The notes below the pieces were generated by a model. It did not search any database. It worked only from the letters and a program-made list of their open reading frames with translations, and had not been told where the DNA came from. The position numbers and the translations under genes were made by a program. From Candidatus Omnitrophota bacterium (lineage in GTDB: Bacteria; Omnitrophota; Gorgyraeia; Zapsychrales; Zapsychraceae), in contig DOGZ01000014.1 in NCBI GenBank assembly GCA_003528115.1, positions 166,081 to 230,080 of the forward strand: a stretch of 64,000 nucleotides of DNA, read 5' to 3'. Shown here one piece after another: positions 8,283 to 17,392 of this stretch. Each line of letters begins with the position of its first letter. The stretch's first letter is position 1.

Positions 8283-9758
8283 ATGAAAAACGGGTATTTG
8301 GGATTAGAGATAAGTTCTTCAAAGCTGCGCTACGTGTATATTACCAGGCAGCATAAAAGACACACGATCGTCAAGGCAGGCACATCCGCGTTTCAGCTGG
8401 ATGTGTCTGCCCCAGGCCGTCTGGCCGGGGTCATTAGGGAAATCCTTACGAAAGAGGAAATGGCGCCGGAGCAGATCTTCCTGACGGTCTCACGCAAAGA
8501 GACCCTTATCCGTCAAACGGTGTTGCCCAAGATGAGTTCTCAGGAGCTGTCCGCGGTTATCCCGTCAGAAATCGAAAAGATTCCTGTCTTTACCAACAAG
8601 AAGTTTGACTTTATCTTCCAAACTTACCCGGCAAAGAATGAGAAGTTAAGGGTGATTTTTGCCGCGGTGGAACAAGGTATTTTGAATTATCTCCTTGAAG
8701 AAATTGAGCAATTGAAGATTGATTTTCATCATGTGGAAATCGCGCCGTTAAATCTTAAGGAGCTCGTGTATCTTAAAGAACCTGTTTACAAACCCCAGGC
8801 CATGATGGTCGTCCATGACCGTATGAGCCATTTTATTATTTACCAGGATCATCAGTATAAACTCTTTTATCAGACGGCGATCGGTCTTGAAAATCTTTAT
8901 CCCAACGGCGCGAAGAATTTGGATGAGGGTGTTTTAACGAGTTTGATCGGGGAGGTGCAGCGCGTTATCAAATCGTTTGTCTCCGAAAACAAAGAAGAAT
9001 TGATTGAAAGGATAGGACTTGTTTGGGATAAAACCGATGTGGCAAATCTGGACAGTATATTACAGAAACGCCTTGAGGCAAAGGTGGAAAGTTTTGATTT
9101 GGGACAAATACCGCAGTTGAGTATTAAGGAAGGCGAACCGTTTCTTAATCCTGTCTATATGCTGGCGGCGACGCCAGTCGTGTATCATTTAACAAAACTG
9201 AGACCGCAGTTTTCGTTAGGTCAATTTTTTAAAGGTTTTCATATTAAAAGATATTGTTTGAGGGTGGCCGCTGTATCCGCGATTTTTATAGGCGTTGTCG
9301 GACTCTTTCTGGGGATATTAAGTCTCAATTTTTATAGAGAACGCGTCGTTTTATCCAAGAACGTGAGGCAGATCACTCAGCAGATTTCGGATTTGAAGAA
9401 TGATTCGGTGGAGTTATATCGAAAAAGGGATGAGTACCTTCAGACCAGGCAAGGGCTCTTGGACCAGGCCAGTTATGTTCAGGCCTTGAACCGCATCTCT
9501 TGGGAGCAGGTTTTATCCGTCGTCGCTAAAGAGATCCCGGAGGATTTATCTTTAACATCTTTTAGTTTTGAGAAATCCGGCAGTGTTACTTTTGTCGGAG
9601 ATGCGATAGAGGTTGAGTCGATTGCCGAAATGATCCGCCGGGTGGATAGTTCCACCATTTTAAATAATGGAAGGTTTGATTTTTTAAGAGAAAAAGATCG
9701 CGACAATAAAAAGATTTTTCAATTCGGGATCATGGCCCAATTAAAAGAGAATGAGTGA
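8283..9758 (+). CDS. PilM-PilN fusion protein (actin-like cytoplasmic domain + single TM + periplasmic coiled-coil domain; GspL-like architecture)
   Basis: The N-terminal ~320 aa resemble PilM, beginning GYLGLEISSSKLRYV. A TM helix AAVSAIFIGVVGLFLGILSL follows, then a PilN-like coiled coil. It sits between the pilin and the PilO/PilP/secretin genes. Confidence 0.6.
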   Translation: MKNGYLGLEISSSKLRYVYITRQHKRHTIVKAGTSAFQLDVSAPGRLAGVIREILTKEEMAPEQIFLTVSRKETLIRQTVLPKMSSQELSAVIPSEIEKIPVFTNKKFDFIFQTYPAKNEKLRVIFAAVEQGILNYLLEEIEQLKIDFHHVEIAPLNLKELVYLKEPVYKPQAMMVVHDRMSHFIIYQDHQYKLFYQTAIGLENLYPNGAKNLDEGVLTSLIGEVQRVIKSFVSENKEELIERIGLVWDKTDVANLDSILQKRLEAKVESFDLGQIPQLSIKEGEPFLNPVYMLAATPVVYHLTKLRPQFSLGQFFKGFHIKRYCLRVAAVSAIFIGVVGLFLGILSLNFYRERVVLSKNVRQITQQISDLKNDSVELYRKRDEYLQTRQGLLDQASYVQALNRISWEQVLSVVAKEIPEDLSLTSFSFEKSGSVTFVGDAIEVESIAEMIRRVDSSTILNNGRFDFLREKDRDNKKIFQFGIMAQLKENE

Positions 9759-9766
9759 GGGGTTCG

Positions 9767-10402
9767 ATGGATTATAAAAAGATCAGGAAAATCGCGTTTA
9801 TAGTGAGTTTGATCATCATATCCGCGTTTATCGCGTTGGAGGTTTCTCAGTATAAAGCCTTTGTTCAGGCTGAGAATGAATGGCAGCAGAAGACGCGGGA
9901 ATTAACCTTCGTGCGAGAAGAAATTGTTCAGATAGAGAAATTAATCGTTGATTATGAAAAGGACAAAGAGGCGTTTGAAGAATTGTTATTTACGGAACGG
10001 GATATTCCAGCGTTTCTGGACGAAATTTCCAAATTCGCCAAGATGGATCATGTCAATCTTGTGGATATGCAGACGCAGAGATTTTATCAGGTTCCCATGC
10101 CGGAAGAGGCGGTTAAGCAGAGCAAGTTTGCGTCAGGGGCGCGAAACAGTCCAGTGACAGACGCTGAGAAAGAGCAGCAGAAAGAAAACATTTTAACCTT
10201 ATCGGCCATGCCTATTGACGTCAAACTGGAAGGGGAGTTCGTTGATTTGGCCAATTTTCTGGGCCGATTGCAAGAGTATAAACAATTAACCAATATCAGC
10301 GATGTGGATATCATTTTAACAGGGGACTATCCGAAACTCAGTTGTCAGTTTACCGTAAATATATACAGTTTAAAAACACTAGAGGATTTTAAGATAAAAT
10401 GA
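9767..10402 (+). CDS. pilO: PilO-like protein (N-terminal TM + coiled coil + periplasmic domain)
   Basis: TM helix IAFIVSLIIISAFIAL is followed by a coiled coil. Its position between PilMN and PilP fits. ATG 9767 lies 6 nt after GAGGGG. Confidence 0.5.
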   Translation: MDYKKIRKIAFIVSLIIISAFIALEVSQYKAFVQAENEWQQKTRELTFVREEIVQIEKLIVDYEKDKEAFEELLFTERDIPAFLDEISKFAKMDHVNLVDMQTQRFYQVPMPEEAVKQSKFASGARNSPVTDAEKEQQKENILTLSAMPIDVKLEGEFVDLANFLGRLQEYKQLTNISDVDIILTGDYPKLSCQFTVNIYSLKTLEDFKIK

Positions 10403-10863
10403 AAATATTCCAAATTATTCTTACTTTTATGTTGGCGTGGAGTGTCACCGGATGCGATCAGCTTTCCCGGTTAATCGCGCATAAAGAACAAAAAGAAACC
10501 CAGACAACCCAGTCGGCTGTTATTCAAATGGTCGACAATCCGCAATTAGCTCAGATGATTCTTAAACCCAAACAAGAAAGAATCGTTGTCAGCCGCGACC
10601 CTTTCAAACCGGTGACGGCGCGATCCGTGGTTACGGCGAAGGTCATTGATCAAGGCGCAGATGACCTGGTTAGTGGGATGGAGTATCTGGGTGTGGTCAG
10701 AGTGGGGGAGCGGTATTCCGCTCTTTTAAAATCCAATCAGATTAAAGGGGTATTCAGCGTCCATGATCGTATCAGTCAATTAACTGTCGTTGACATCCAG
10801 GAAGATTTTGTGATGTTAAACAATGGGACAAAATCCTACAAAATAAAGAGAGGTGTAAAGTGA
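10399..10863 (+). CDS. pilP: PilP-like pilot lipoprotein (lipobox LAWSVTG|C)
   Basis: A lipoprotein signal peptide is present. The C-terminal beta-domain reads YLGVVRVGERYSALLKSNQIKGVFSVHDRI. It shares an ATGA overlap with the upstream gene and lies directly before the secretin. Confidence 0.55.
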   Translation: MKIFQIILTFMLAWSVTGCDQLSRLIAHKEQKETQTTQSAVIQMVDNPQLAQMILKPKQERIVVSRDPFKPVTARSVVTAKVIDQGADDLVSGMEYLGVVRVGERYSALLKSNQIKGVFSVHDRISQLTVVDIQEDFVMLNNGTKSYKIKRGVK

Positions 10864-12623
10864 AACCCAGGTCTATAGGAATAATTCATTTAGCCGTTTT
10901 GTTTGTTCTGGCGTTTTTCTTATCGCCGGCAGCGGCCGAAAAGAATCCTGGTCCTGACATTGTGCTTCAGATGGACGGGATTATTTCTCAAATTGACAAT
11001 CTTTTAAGCGTTGAGAAGACAACACCGCCCGATGTTGCCCTGGTAGCTGAACCTTTGCCAGGAGAAAGTACACTGCTCGCGTCAACGGGCCAGTACAACG
11101 CCGGAGATGACCAGAAGTTTCATACATTTCAGGAATTTCAGAAATCAAGACAGGCGAAGAATGAGACGCCCAAGAATGAGGATATCCTTGTCCAGCAGGA
11201 TGTTGCCGGCAACGTGAAAGAACCGCAGCCCTCATCCGTTGTCGAGAGCGACACCGTTGCTGCCCAGAACCCTTCGGAGGAAATATATTATGATGAAGGA
11301 CTTCTTAAAGAAGATATCCGGGAACAATATATGGATGGTTTAGAAAAGAGGATTAAAATCGATGAGGCCTACCTTGAGGCCAGAAAGATAAAACTGCCGG
11401 AGGGACCTGTAAAATCCGAAGAAAAAGATAAACAGCCTTTGATTCAGACGGCGGAAGAAATTATTCGCGGCCTTGTGAAGGCAGAGGATCAAGACCGAAA
11501 GATTGATCTTGATTTTGATGCCGTAAAATTGCAGGATATCTTTATGACGCTGGGCAAGGCGGCCGGGGTCAATGTGGTGCTTGATCCGGCACTCAGGGAT
11601 CAGCCTCTGGATCTTCATCTGAAGCAGGTCACTTTGGAGGAGGCCTTCTTATTGATCGCTAATTCCTATGATTTGGGATTTAAAAAGGTTGAACAATCGC
11701 TGTATATTACCGGCAAGGAAAAATTGAAGGAACAGAATGTGGCTTCCAAGGTTATCAAGTTGAGAAATATCAGCGCGTCCGAGGCCGAGACGATGGTCAA
11801 AGATCTTATTAAGAAAGTCAATGTCAGCGAGGAGATCAATAGCCTCATTGTCGTGGGGGATCCCCAGGAGATCGTGAATGTGGAGCACGTTATTAGAACT
11901 ATCGATAAGGCCCAGCCTCAAGTTATCCTGGAAGCCAAGATTATTGAAGTGAACAGAGACGCTTTGAAAGATTTAGGCATTGACTGGATGGATTCTATAA
12001 CGATGGATTATGTGGAATCCGGCCGGCCTTTGTCCATTTCAGGGACGGTGGAATCTCCCAAGAAGTCTCTGCTGGACGTCGGGTCTTTTCAGCGGACACC
12101 GCTTTTGTTTGACTCAACGATTAAAATGCTGGAAAACCAGAATAAGGCCAAGGTGTTGTCCAATCCGCGCGTGACAACGCTTAATGATAAAGAGGCCGAG
12201 ATCTTTGTCGGAGACCGCATCCCGTTCACGGTCACGAATGTGACCGGCGGGGTTGTCACGACCGAGGTTCAATGGGTTGAGCCCGGGATCCGTCTTGTGA
12301 TCACACCGTCGATTATTGAAGACGACTTTGTGGTGATCAAGGTCGAGCCGGAGGTAAGTTTTATTTTCGGTTTCCGGGGGCCTAATGATGAATTTCCCCA
12401 CGTGAAAACGAGAGAAGCCACCGCTTATGTGAGGGTTCAGAACAAACAGCCGTTCATGCTCGGAGGCCTGCTGAATCAGGAAGATAAACAGAATCTGTAT
12501 AAGGTTCCTTTTCTCGGAGATGTGCCATTATTAGGGAATCTCTTCAGCTATGAAAAACACACGGTTTTGGACACGGAACTTATTATCACCATTACCCCTA
12601 CCATTGTTCACAGTGGGGTATAA
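10860..12623 (+). CDS. pilQ: Secretin PilQ/GspD family outer-membrane channel
   Basis: A signal peptide is present. The secretin C-domain motifs are VLSNPRVTTLNDKEAEIFVGDRIPF and VPFLGDVPLLGNLF. Confidence 0.85.
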   Translation: MKPRSIGIIHLAVLFVLAFFLSPAAAEKNPGPDIVLQMDGIISQIDNLLSVEKTTPPDVALVAEPLPGESTLLASTGQYNAGDDQKFHTFQEFQKSRQAKNETPKNEDILVQQDVAGNVKEPQPSSVVESDTVAAQNPSEEIYYDEGLLKEDIREQYMDGLEKRIKIDEAYLEARKIKLPEGPVKSEEKDKQPLIQTAEEIIRGLVKAEDQDRKIDLDFDAVKLQDIFMTLGKAAGVNVVLDPALRDQPLDLHLKQVTLEEAFLLIANSYDLGFKKVEQSLYITGKEKLKEQNVASKVIKLRNISASEAETMVKDLIKKVNVSEEINSLIVVGDPQEIVNVEHVIRTIDKAQPQVILEAKIIEVNRDALKDLGIDWMDSITMDYVESGRPLSISGTVESPKKSLLDVGSFQRTPLLFDSTIKMLENQNKAKVLSNPRVTTLNDKEAEIFVGDRIPFTVTNVTGGVVTTEVQWVEPGIRLVITPSIIEDDFVVIKVEPEVSFIFGFRGPNDEFPHVKTREATAYVRVQNKQPFMLGGLLNQEDKQNLYKVPFLGDVPLLGNLFSYEKHTVLDTELIITITPTIVHSGV

Positions 12624-12690
12624 AGGTGAATTTTTATGAGCCGGGAAAAACAGCCTCGCCTGGAGCGGGGTTGTTTTTTTTGAGTGAGAA

Positions 12691-13638
12691 ATGGATTCTA
12701 AAATGAAAATGATAAGAAAGTTATTCTCGCGCGACGCCTTTAGTCTGGTTGAGGTATTAGTCAGTATTGTCATTGTCGGCCTGATCAGTTCCATGGGATG
12801 GTTCGCGGTCTCGAGCTATACGCAATCTGAAATGGTCACCCGAAACCGCGTCTTGGCCGTCAACCTCATGCAGAAATCCCAGGAAGATCTTCGGGCGGCG
12901 GCACAGACCTTTTTTGATCAACTGGAGGACAACACGTGTGATTTTATTTCCGGTAATCCCTGCGGGCTTGATCCCAATATCACAACCGGCTTGCCCTTAG
13001 ACTATTCGGTTAATCTTACGATAACCCGAGAAGCGAGTGCTGAATTGAAAAGAGCGCTCATTACCGTCAACTGGTCTGAATTCGGGGCGGCGCATAGTAT
13101 AAATACTATTGTTTTTCTGGCCCGTCCGCCGGAACCGGTGCCGGGCAATGTCATTGGCCGGGTCCGGGGCTCCAATACCGGGGGGAATGCTTTGTCTTTG
13201 GTTACTATTCGGTTGACACCGAGTGATGGTTCAAGTGACATAACGACCATCACTACCCCGGAATGGCTACATACAAATTTGGACGGAACCACGCGGATGA
13301 TTAATTATGATTATTCGGGGACTACGGGACGGTTCAGTTTGAAACCGGGTTCGTATATATTGACGGCTCAGCGGTCAGGGTACAGCAATTACACGCATCC
13401 GACTCAGGTGAATGTTTCTTCTAACCAGGAGACGATCATTGATTTTACGATGACGGTTGTTTTCTCTCCACCGCCGGTCTGCGGTAATGGGGTATGCCAA
13501 TCCGGGGAATCTTGCGTTACGTGTCCAGTGGATTGTGGTCCTTGTCCGCCGCCGCGGGTCTGCGGCAATGGAAGCTGCGAAGGCAGAGAAAACTGTGAGA
13601 ATTGCGAAAATGATTGCGGGATATGTTCGGGACTTTGA
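12691..13638 (+). CDS. Atypical pilin-like protein: prepilin N-terminus (RDA|FSLVEVLV), carboxypeptidase-regulatory-like beta-sandwich, C-terminal tandem Cys-rich module
   Basis: A class III signal peptide is present with E at +5. The segment GRVRGS…GRFSLKPGSYILTAQRSGYS fits a CarboxypepD_reg/transthyretin-like fold. The tail is VCGNGxC…DCGxC repeated twice, with 12 Cys. Confidence 0.6.
   Translation: MDSKMKMIRKLFSRDAFSLVEVLVSIVIVGLISSMGWFAVSSYTQSEMVTRNRVLAVNLMQKSQEDLRAAAQTFFDQLEDNTCDFISGNPCGLDPNITTGLPLDYSVNLTITREASAELKRALITVNWSEFGAAHSINTIVFLARPPEPVPGNVIGRVRGSNTGGNALSLVTIRLTPSDGSSDITTITTPEWLHTNLDGTTRMINYDYSGTTGRFSLKPGSYILTAQRSGYSNYTHPTQVNVSSNQETIIDFTMTVVFSPPPVCGNGVCQSGESCVTCPVDCGPCPPPRVCGNGSCEGRENCENCENDCGICSGL
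13477..13626 (+). repeat. Tandem duplicated ~23-codon Cys-rich module (VCGNG-C-x4-C-x2-C-x2-DCG-C) inside a pilin-like gene
   Basis: Nucleotide repeats gtctgcggtaatgg… and gtctgcggcaatgg… are present. Both protein copies have six Cys in the same spacing. Confidence 0.5.
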
Positions 13639-13651
13639 TGTGTTGGAAATC

Positions 13652-14155
13652 ATGAAGAATATGAAAAAAAGAATTAAAGACAGCTCAGATAAATATTTTG
13701 TCCAGAAGAAGGCCTTCACGCTGGTCGAGCTTATCGTTGTTGTTCTTATTTTAGGGATCGGGACGGCGATGTTTTATTCTGTTCTGAGTATGAACTGGAT
13801 GGCCTCAGAACAACATATCACCAGGTCCGATATGTGGCAGGAGTTAAACAGGGTTGTTGAAACGGCTAATGCCGATGGACGCAGGTCCAATCTTATAACG
13901 GTATCCAATCCTCTTTCGGTTATCTTTTCAGATAACAATGGAACTGTTATCGCTACATATACGATTACTGCCGGCGGCCTTATTCAGAGAGATACAGGAA
14001 CGGGGCCTGTGACTCTTTCAGAAAAAGCTGATCAGACGAATTCCAGTTTTGTAATAAACGGCCGGTCCGTAATCATGACATTGGTTCTGCAGGAAAATGT
14101 GATGGGGGATCCGGTTCAGGCAAGGACGTCGGTGGAAATTTTTCCCCGGAATTGA
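13652..14155 (+). CDS. Minor pilin/pseudopilin (prepilin N-terminus QKKA|FTLVELIVVV)
   Basis: An internal ATG lies 14 nt after the upstream stop. The class III signal has E at +5. The ORF-track extension from 13457 overlaps the upstream gene and is discounted. Confidence 0.6.
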   Translation: MKNMKKRIKDSSDKYFVQKKAFTLVELIVVVLILGIGTAMFYSVLSMNWMASEQHITRSDMWQELNRVVETANADGRRSNLITVSNPLSVIFSDNNGTVIATYTITAGGLIQRDTGTGPVTLSEKADQTNSSFVINGRSVIMTLVLQENVMGDPVQARTSVEIFPRN

Positions 14156-14188
14156 GGAACGTTCAGAAGGGATAACCTCTTTGAGGCA

Positions 14189-15484
14189 ATGATGATGACA
14201 AAAAGTCCAATACCACAAAAGAGCGGGAGGAATCATCAAAACGGGTTTGTTCTCATGGGATCGGTTGTTTTGTTATTTTTTATATCGGTCCTTCTCGCGG
14301 CCGCTTTTTTAAGGACCAATATAGAACTCACGAGCAGTGAACGAAGAATCTCGACGCAACAGGCCTTTTATGGAGCTGAGGCGGGGATGGACAGGGCCAT
14401 TTTTCAGTTGCGCCGTAACATCAATTGGAGACCCACGGCCGCGGATGTGAACGTACCGGTTGACCGTATTGCGGGGGATGATACAACCGTGCTGGCCTAT
14501 TACACGATCCAGGCCAGTGCCAATACCCAAGTGTTTCAGGGGTTAGATACCTTGTGGGTCAGGTCAACGGGCCAAAATGCCCGGAGGAATGTCGCCGGAG
14601 TCCCGCCTACGCCTCGGGCGGTGGAGGCGAGAGTTTGGGTTCAGAACCCGGCTGCCTTTCTTTTTTCAACGTTAGGTAACCTGAAGATCTATAGCGGGTC
14701 CACCATCCAGGATGATATTTTGGGACGGAATATTGATTTCTATGTGAATAATAATTTACCGCCGGCGCAGAGAAGTATAACGATGACAGGAAAGGTCAAT
14801 TATTTAAGCAGTGTGACCCGGTATAATAATTCCTATGTCAACGGCGGAGGAGGCGTTAGCCGGCAGCTTATCCCGGCAATGACGTTCTCGGGCATTGATC
14901 TCGATTACTACAGGCTGATCGCCCAAGGGGCCAACGGGAGGTACTATTCCAGCGGCAATCAAACCCTCGATTTATCCAGCGTGGATTCAACGATTGATAT
15001 TGTTTTAGTCGAGGGAGGAGGTAACCTCACAGTCTCCGGGACCTATGATCATTCGATCATTGTCATTGCCGACGGGAATATCACGATTACAAACAATATT
15101 ATGCCTGACGCGAGCCTGGCCGAGACTCCGCAGATAGGATTAATGGCCAATAGAGATGTCATCATCGCGGGCAGTGCTCCGAATAATTTAAATGTGGAAG
15201 CCTTTTTATTAGCCAACGGCAACGGAACGTCCAACGGCAGATTTAGGGCCCTGGGAACCAGGGGAACCAAGGGGACGTTAAATTTTCATGGATCCATTGC
15301 CGTCAGAGGCGAGAGTAGTGCAACAGCCATCGATACGAATGTTTACAACACAAGAAATTATAGCTTTAATGACCAGTTAAGAGACAACCGATCCATTCCT
15401 TATCTTCTTTACATCGCCAATATTGTACCCGGGACGTGGCGTGAAGTGGATGATCCGAATAACGCGCCGTTCCCGCCTTCCTAA
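14189..15484 (+). CDS. PilX_N-domain minor pilin-like protein (431 aa) with a repeat-rich C-terminal half (possible beta-helix)
   Basis: The N-terminus QNGFVLMGSVVLLFFISVLLAAAFLRTNIELTSSERRISTQQAFYGAEAGMD matches the PilX/PilK N-terminal pattern. The C-terminal segment is GGGNLTVSG…NITITNN…. Confidence 0.6.
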   Translation: MMMTKSPIPQKSGRNHQNGFVLMGSVVLLFFISVLLAAAFLRTNIELTSSERRISTQQAFYGAEAGMDRAIFQLRRNINWRPTAADVNVPVDRIAGDDTTVLAYYTIQASANTQVFQGLDTLWVRSTGQNARRNVAGVPPTPRAVEARVWVQNPAAFLFSTLGNLKIYSGSTIQDDILGRNIDFYVNNNLPPAQRSITMTGKVNYLSSVTRYNNSYVNGGGGVSRQLIPAMTFSGIDLDYYRLIAQGANGRYYSSGNQTLDLSSVDSTIDIVLVEGGGNLTVSGTYDHSIIVIADGNITITNNIMPDASLAETPQIGLMANRDVIIAGSAPNNLNVEAFLLANGNGTSNGRFRALGTRGTKGTLNFHGSIAVRGESSATAIDTNVYNTRNYSFNDQLRDNRSIPYLLYIANIVPGTWREVDDPNNAPFPPS

Positions 15485-15523
15485 TGACCGGCATCCCGGC
15501 CTTAAACAAAAAAAAGAAATAGC

Positions 15524-15549
15524 GCCTATCCTTTGGGATAGGCTTTTTT
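15524..15549 (+). terminator. Rho-independent terminator closing the pilus cluster
   Basis: It is an 8-bp perfect stem GCCTATCC/GGATAGGC with a TTTG loop followed by TTTTTT, 40 nt after the stop of the 14189 gene. Confidence 0.6.
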
Positions 15550-15583
15550 GCGCGACGGAAAGGCAGAATACTGTTTCCTTTAG

Positions 15584-15611
15584 TTGACAAGAAAAGGAAT
15601 AGATGTAAAAA
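15584..15611 (+). promoter_or_regulatory. Sigma70-like promoter candidate for the T2SS operon (TTGACA-N16-TAAAAA)
   Basis: A perfect -35 and a 4/6 -10 lie 60 nt upstream of the gspE start, just downstream of the terminator. Confidence 0.3.
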
Positions 15612-15670
15612 TCAGGCTGTTATTTCTTGGATCGGATGCTGGGCACTAAATTTCAGGACAGGATTAAACA

Positions 15671-17371
15671 ATGGGCGCGGAAGATAAAATTCCTTTAGGA
15701 CAATTGCTGGTTGAAAAACAGATTATTACGTCGGAGCAACTGGACATCGCTCTGCGTAAACAAAAAGAGACCGGTGAATTGTTGGGCGCTATCCTCCTGG
15801 GGCTCGGTTTTGTCGACGAAGAAATGGTCTTTCTTCCCGCTCTGGCGGGACAGAGCGGCGTGGATTACATTCATTTAAAGAATACGCCTATTGCCCTCGA
15901 AGTCATCGGGCAGATCCCTGCCAAGTTTGCCAGCTATTATCAGGTTATTCCCGTTGAGCTGAAGAATAATATATTGACCCTGGCCACGACACGGCCTTTG
16001 GATGTCCATGTCCTGGATGAAATCGGTCTGGTTGTCAAGGCTCGTCTCAAACCTGTGTTGGCCAGTGAAAAAGATATTTTGGAAGCTATCCGGCAATATT
16101 ATGGCGTCGGCGCTGAGACCATTGAACAAATGATGGATACGGTTCAGCCTGTCCGAAGTCTTGAGAGTGACGTGGCTAATATAGAGGAAATTGAATCGGA
16201 GGCCTCCATCAGCAAATTCCTCAATCAGATTTTCCTGGAGGCGTACAGGGACCGGGCGACGGATATTCATATAGAACCTTTTGAGGACGAGCTTCAAATC
16301 CGTTATCGTGTCGACGGTATTCTTTATGACGCGAAGGTCCCTTCGAACATCAAACACTTTAAGGATTCCATCAATTCGCGTATTAAAATTCTATCCAACC
16401 TGAATATCGCCGAGAAAAGGATGCCGCAGGACGGCCGTTTTAAACTTAAGGTAGGGAATGTGGATCTCGATCTGCGCGTATCTTTTCTCCCGACTCCTTA
16501 TGGCGAGAGTGTTGTCTTGAGAATCCTTAATGCCACAAGTCTTTACAGTCTTGAGGAACTGGGATTCTCCTTTGAAGAACACCGTCTGATTGAAGGGTTG
16601 ATTAGGGAACCGCACGGGATTATTTTCTTGACGGGGCCCACAGGAAGCGGGAAGACCACCACGCTTTATTCCTGCCTCGCGCGGCTGAATACGGAAGAGA
16701 AAAAAATCATCACGGTGGAAGACCCGATTGAATACCAGTTAAAAGGCATTACTCAAATTCAGGTCAACCCTAAAATAGGATTAACCTTCGCGCACGGGCT
16801 TCGTTCCATGCTGCGGCACGACCCTGATGTCATGATGGTCGGTGAAGTGCGGGACATTGAGACGGCCGAAATCGCGATCCAGGTGGCCTTGACAGGCCAT
16901 TTGATATTCTCGACGCTTCATACCAATGACGCCGCCGGCGGGGTGACCAGGCTTTTGGATATGGGGGTCGAGCCGTATCTCATTACCAGCACCGTTGAGT
17001 GTTTTATCGCCCAAAGACTTGTTCGTGTCTTGTGTCCCAAGTGTAAAAAAAACGTCAAACTCACGGCCGATGTCATTAAAGAGTTTTATGGACAGATGGA
17101 GGGAAGTTCAGAAATAGTTGTTCATGAAAGCGTGGGATGTGAATCGTGCAATTTTACCGGGTATAGCGGGCGGGAGGCCATTTATGAATTTCTTGTGTTA
17201 AATGAATCTATTCGCAGGATGATTATTGAACGGGTAACGGCGAATCAGATTAAAGAAAAAGCCATTGAGTGCGGGATGAAGACGTTGCGCCAGGCCGGCT
17301 GGGAGAAAGTGAAAAAGGGGGTCACGTCCCTTCAGGAAGTGATCCGGGTCACGCATGAGGCGGAGGCTTAG
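15671..17371 (+). CDS. gspE: Type II secretion ATPase GspE family (second PilB/GspE paralogue)
   Basis: Walker A is GPTGSGKTT. A GspE_N domain is present. The Cys motif is CPKC…CESC. It heads the gspF-G-H-I-J-K-L-M-C-D series. Confidence 0.85.
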   Translation: MGAEDKIPLGQLLVEKQIITSEQLDIALRKQKETGELLGAILLGLGFVDEEMVFLPALAGQSGVDYIHLKNTPIALEVIGQIPAKFASYYQVIPVELKNNILTLATTRPLDVHVLDEIGLVVKARLKPVLASEKDILEAIRQYYGVGAETIEQMMDTVQPVRSLESDVANIEEIESEASISKFLNQIFLEAYRDRATDIHIEPFEDELQIRYRVDGILYDAKVPSNIKHFKDSINSRIKILSNLNIAEKRMPQDGRFKLKVGNVDLDLRVSFLPTPYGESVVLRILNATSLYSLEELGFSFEEHRLIEGLIREPHGIIFLTGPTGSGKTTTLYSCLARLNTEEKKIITVEDPIEYQLKGITQIQVNPKIGLTFAHGLRSMLRHDPDVMMVGEVRDIETAEIAIQVALTGHLIFSTLHTNDAAGGVTRLLDMGVEPYLITSTVECFIAQRLVRVLCPKCKKNVKLTADVIKEFYGQMEGSSEIVVHESVGCESCNFTGYSGREAIYEFLVLNESIRRMIIERVTANQIKEKAIECGMKTLRQAGWEKVKKGVTSLQEVIRVTHEAEA

Positions 17372-17392
17372 CAGCACCTCGACAATTTTTAA

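Noticed and set aside
13457-13651. A 5' extension of the pseudopilin ORF (starting at 13457) that overlaps the upstream pilin gene by ~180 nt. Similar long N-terminal extensions occur at 19097-19450 (gspH), 22374-22499 (gspL), 50635-50715 (transketolase) and 62136-62273 (Mut7-C).
   Set aside because: The extensions lack family similarity. Internal ATG or TTG starts lie right after the upstream stop codons and give canonical prepilin or enzyme N-termini.
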